A stretch of 32,000 nucleotides of DNA from Rhizobium helianthi (GTDB lineage Bacteria; Pseudomonadota; Alphaproteobacteria; Rhizobiales; Rhizobiaceae), in NCBI RefSeq assembly GCF_042680945.1, contig NZ_JBHUEQ010000003.1:88804-120803 (forward strand), in the 5' to 3' direction. The notes under the pieces were generated by a model. The model worked only from the letters and a program-made list of their open reading frames with translations. It was not told the DNA's origin and searched no databases. Shown here piece after piece: positions 31,759 through 32,000 of this stretch. Position 1 is the stretch's first letter. The number at the start of each line of letters is the position of its first letter. The position numbers and the translations under genes were made by a program.

Positions 31759-32000
31759 GAGCTTTTTTCAAAAAAAATTCGTCAGCTTGTTTTATCCACA
31801 TCCCTTTCCCATCTGCCGCTGAGGCCAATCAACAGCAAGAGGTGCCTTTTGCAAGGGAATGAGCATAGGCGAAGCTTTGGAATAGATCAGCGCACCGGGC
31901 GCCTTCATCTCGGTCGCGCCAGCATGCCTTTGCCCCGGTCAAAGGCGGGCCGGGTCAGCATCGGCGCAGGTCTGGTTGCTGGTGGTTGCCTTGGTTTCCT

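Overview
The window looks like a Rhizobiales-type alphaproteobacterial chromosome, judged from gene content, roughly 57-60% GC, and a GAAC-N7-GAAC LexA-type box. All product calls come from reading the supplied translations and recognising motifs; no database search was run.

Nt 1-14573 is ordinary core and accessory chromosome:
- ilvA 3' end and a HlyU-like small protein
- azoR with a divergent LysR regulator
- two convergent paralogous Crp/Fnr regulators
- cpdB and a PilZ protein
- an Lrp/AsnC regulator with divergent ald
- a minus-strand cysK-like / alaX-like / sseA::GNAT operon
- several small secreted or membrane proteins, one behind a candidate SOS box

Nt 14574-31640 is a roughly 17-kb integrated element. 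It is bounded by perfect 18-bp direct repeats, and the right-hand copy is the 3' end of an intact tRNA-Asn(GTT). The element carries:
- a P4-type tyrosine integrase and an AlpA-like Xis
- a RepA/AAA_25-like ATPase followed by iterons
- a 650-bp ORF-poor array of modular repeats and palindromes
- a complete HK97-type head and packaging set: portal, in-frame protease-capsid fusion, HNH, gp6-like connector, TerS and TerL
- an 890-aa beta-helix tailspike-like protein
- a lysogeny-side block: XRE repressor, pseudo-S24 protein, Xis-like/wHTH protein, HIRAN protein and an RcsF-like lipoprotein

I could not recognise any tail tube, sheath, tape measure, baseplate or lysis gene. My best reading is a capsid-forming phage satellite (cf-PICI-like) that unusually carries its own receptor-binding or depolymerase protein.
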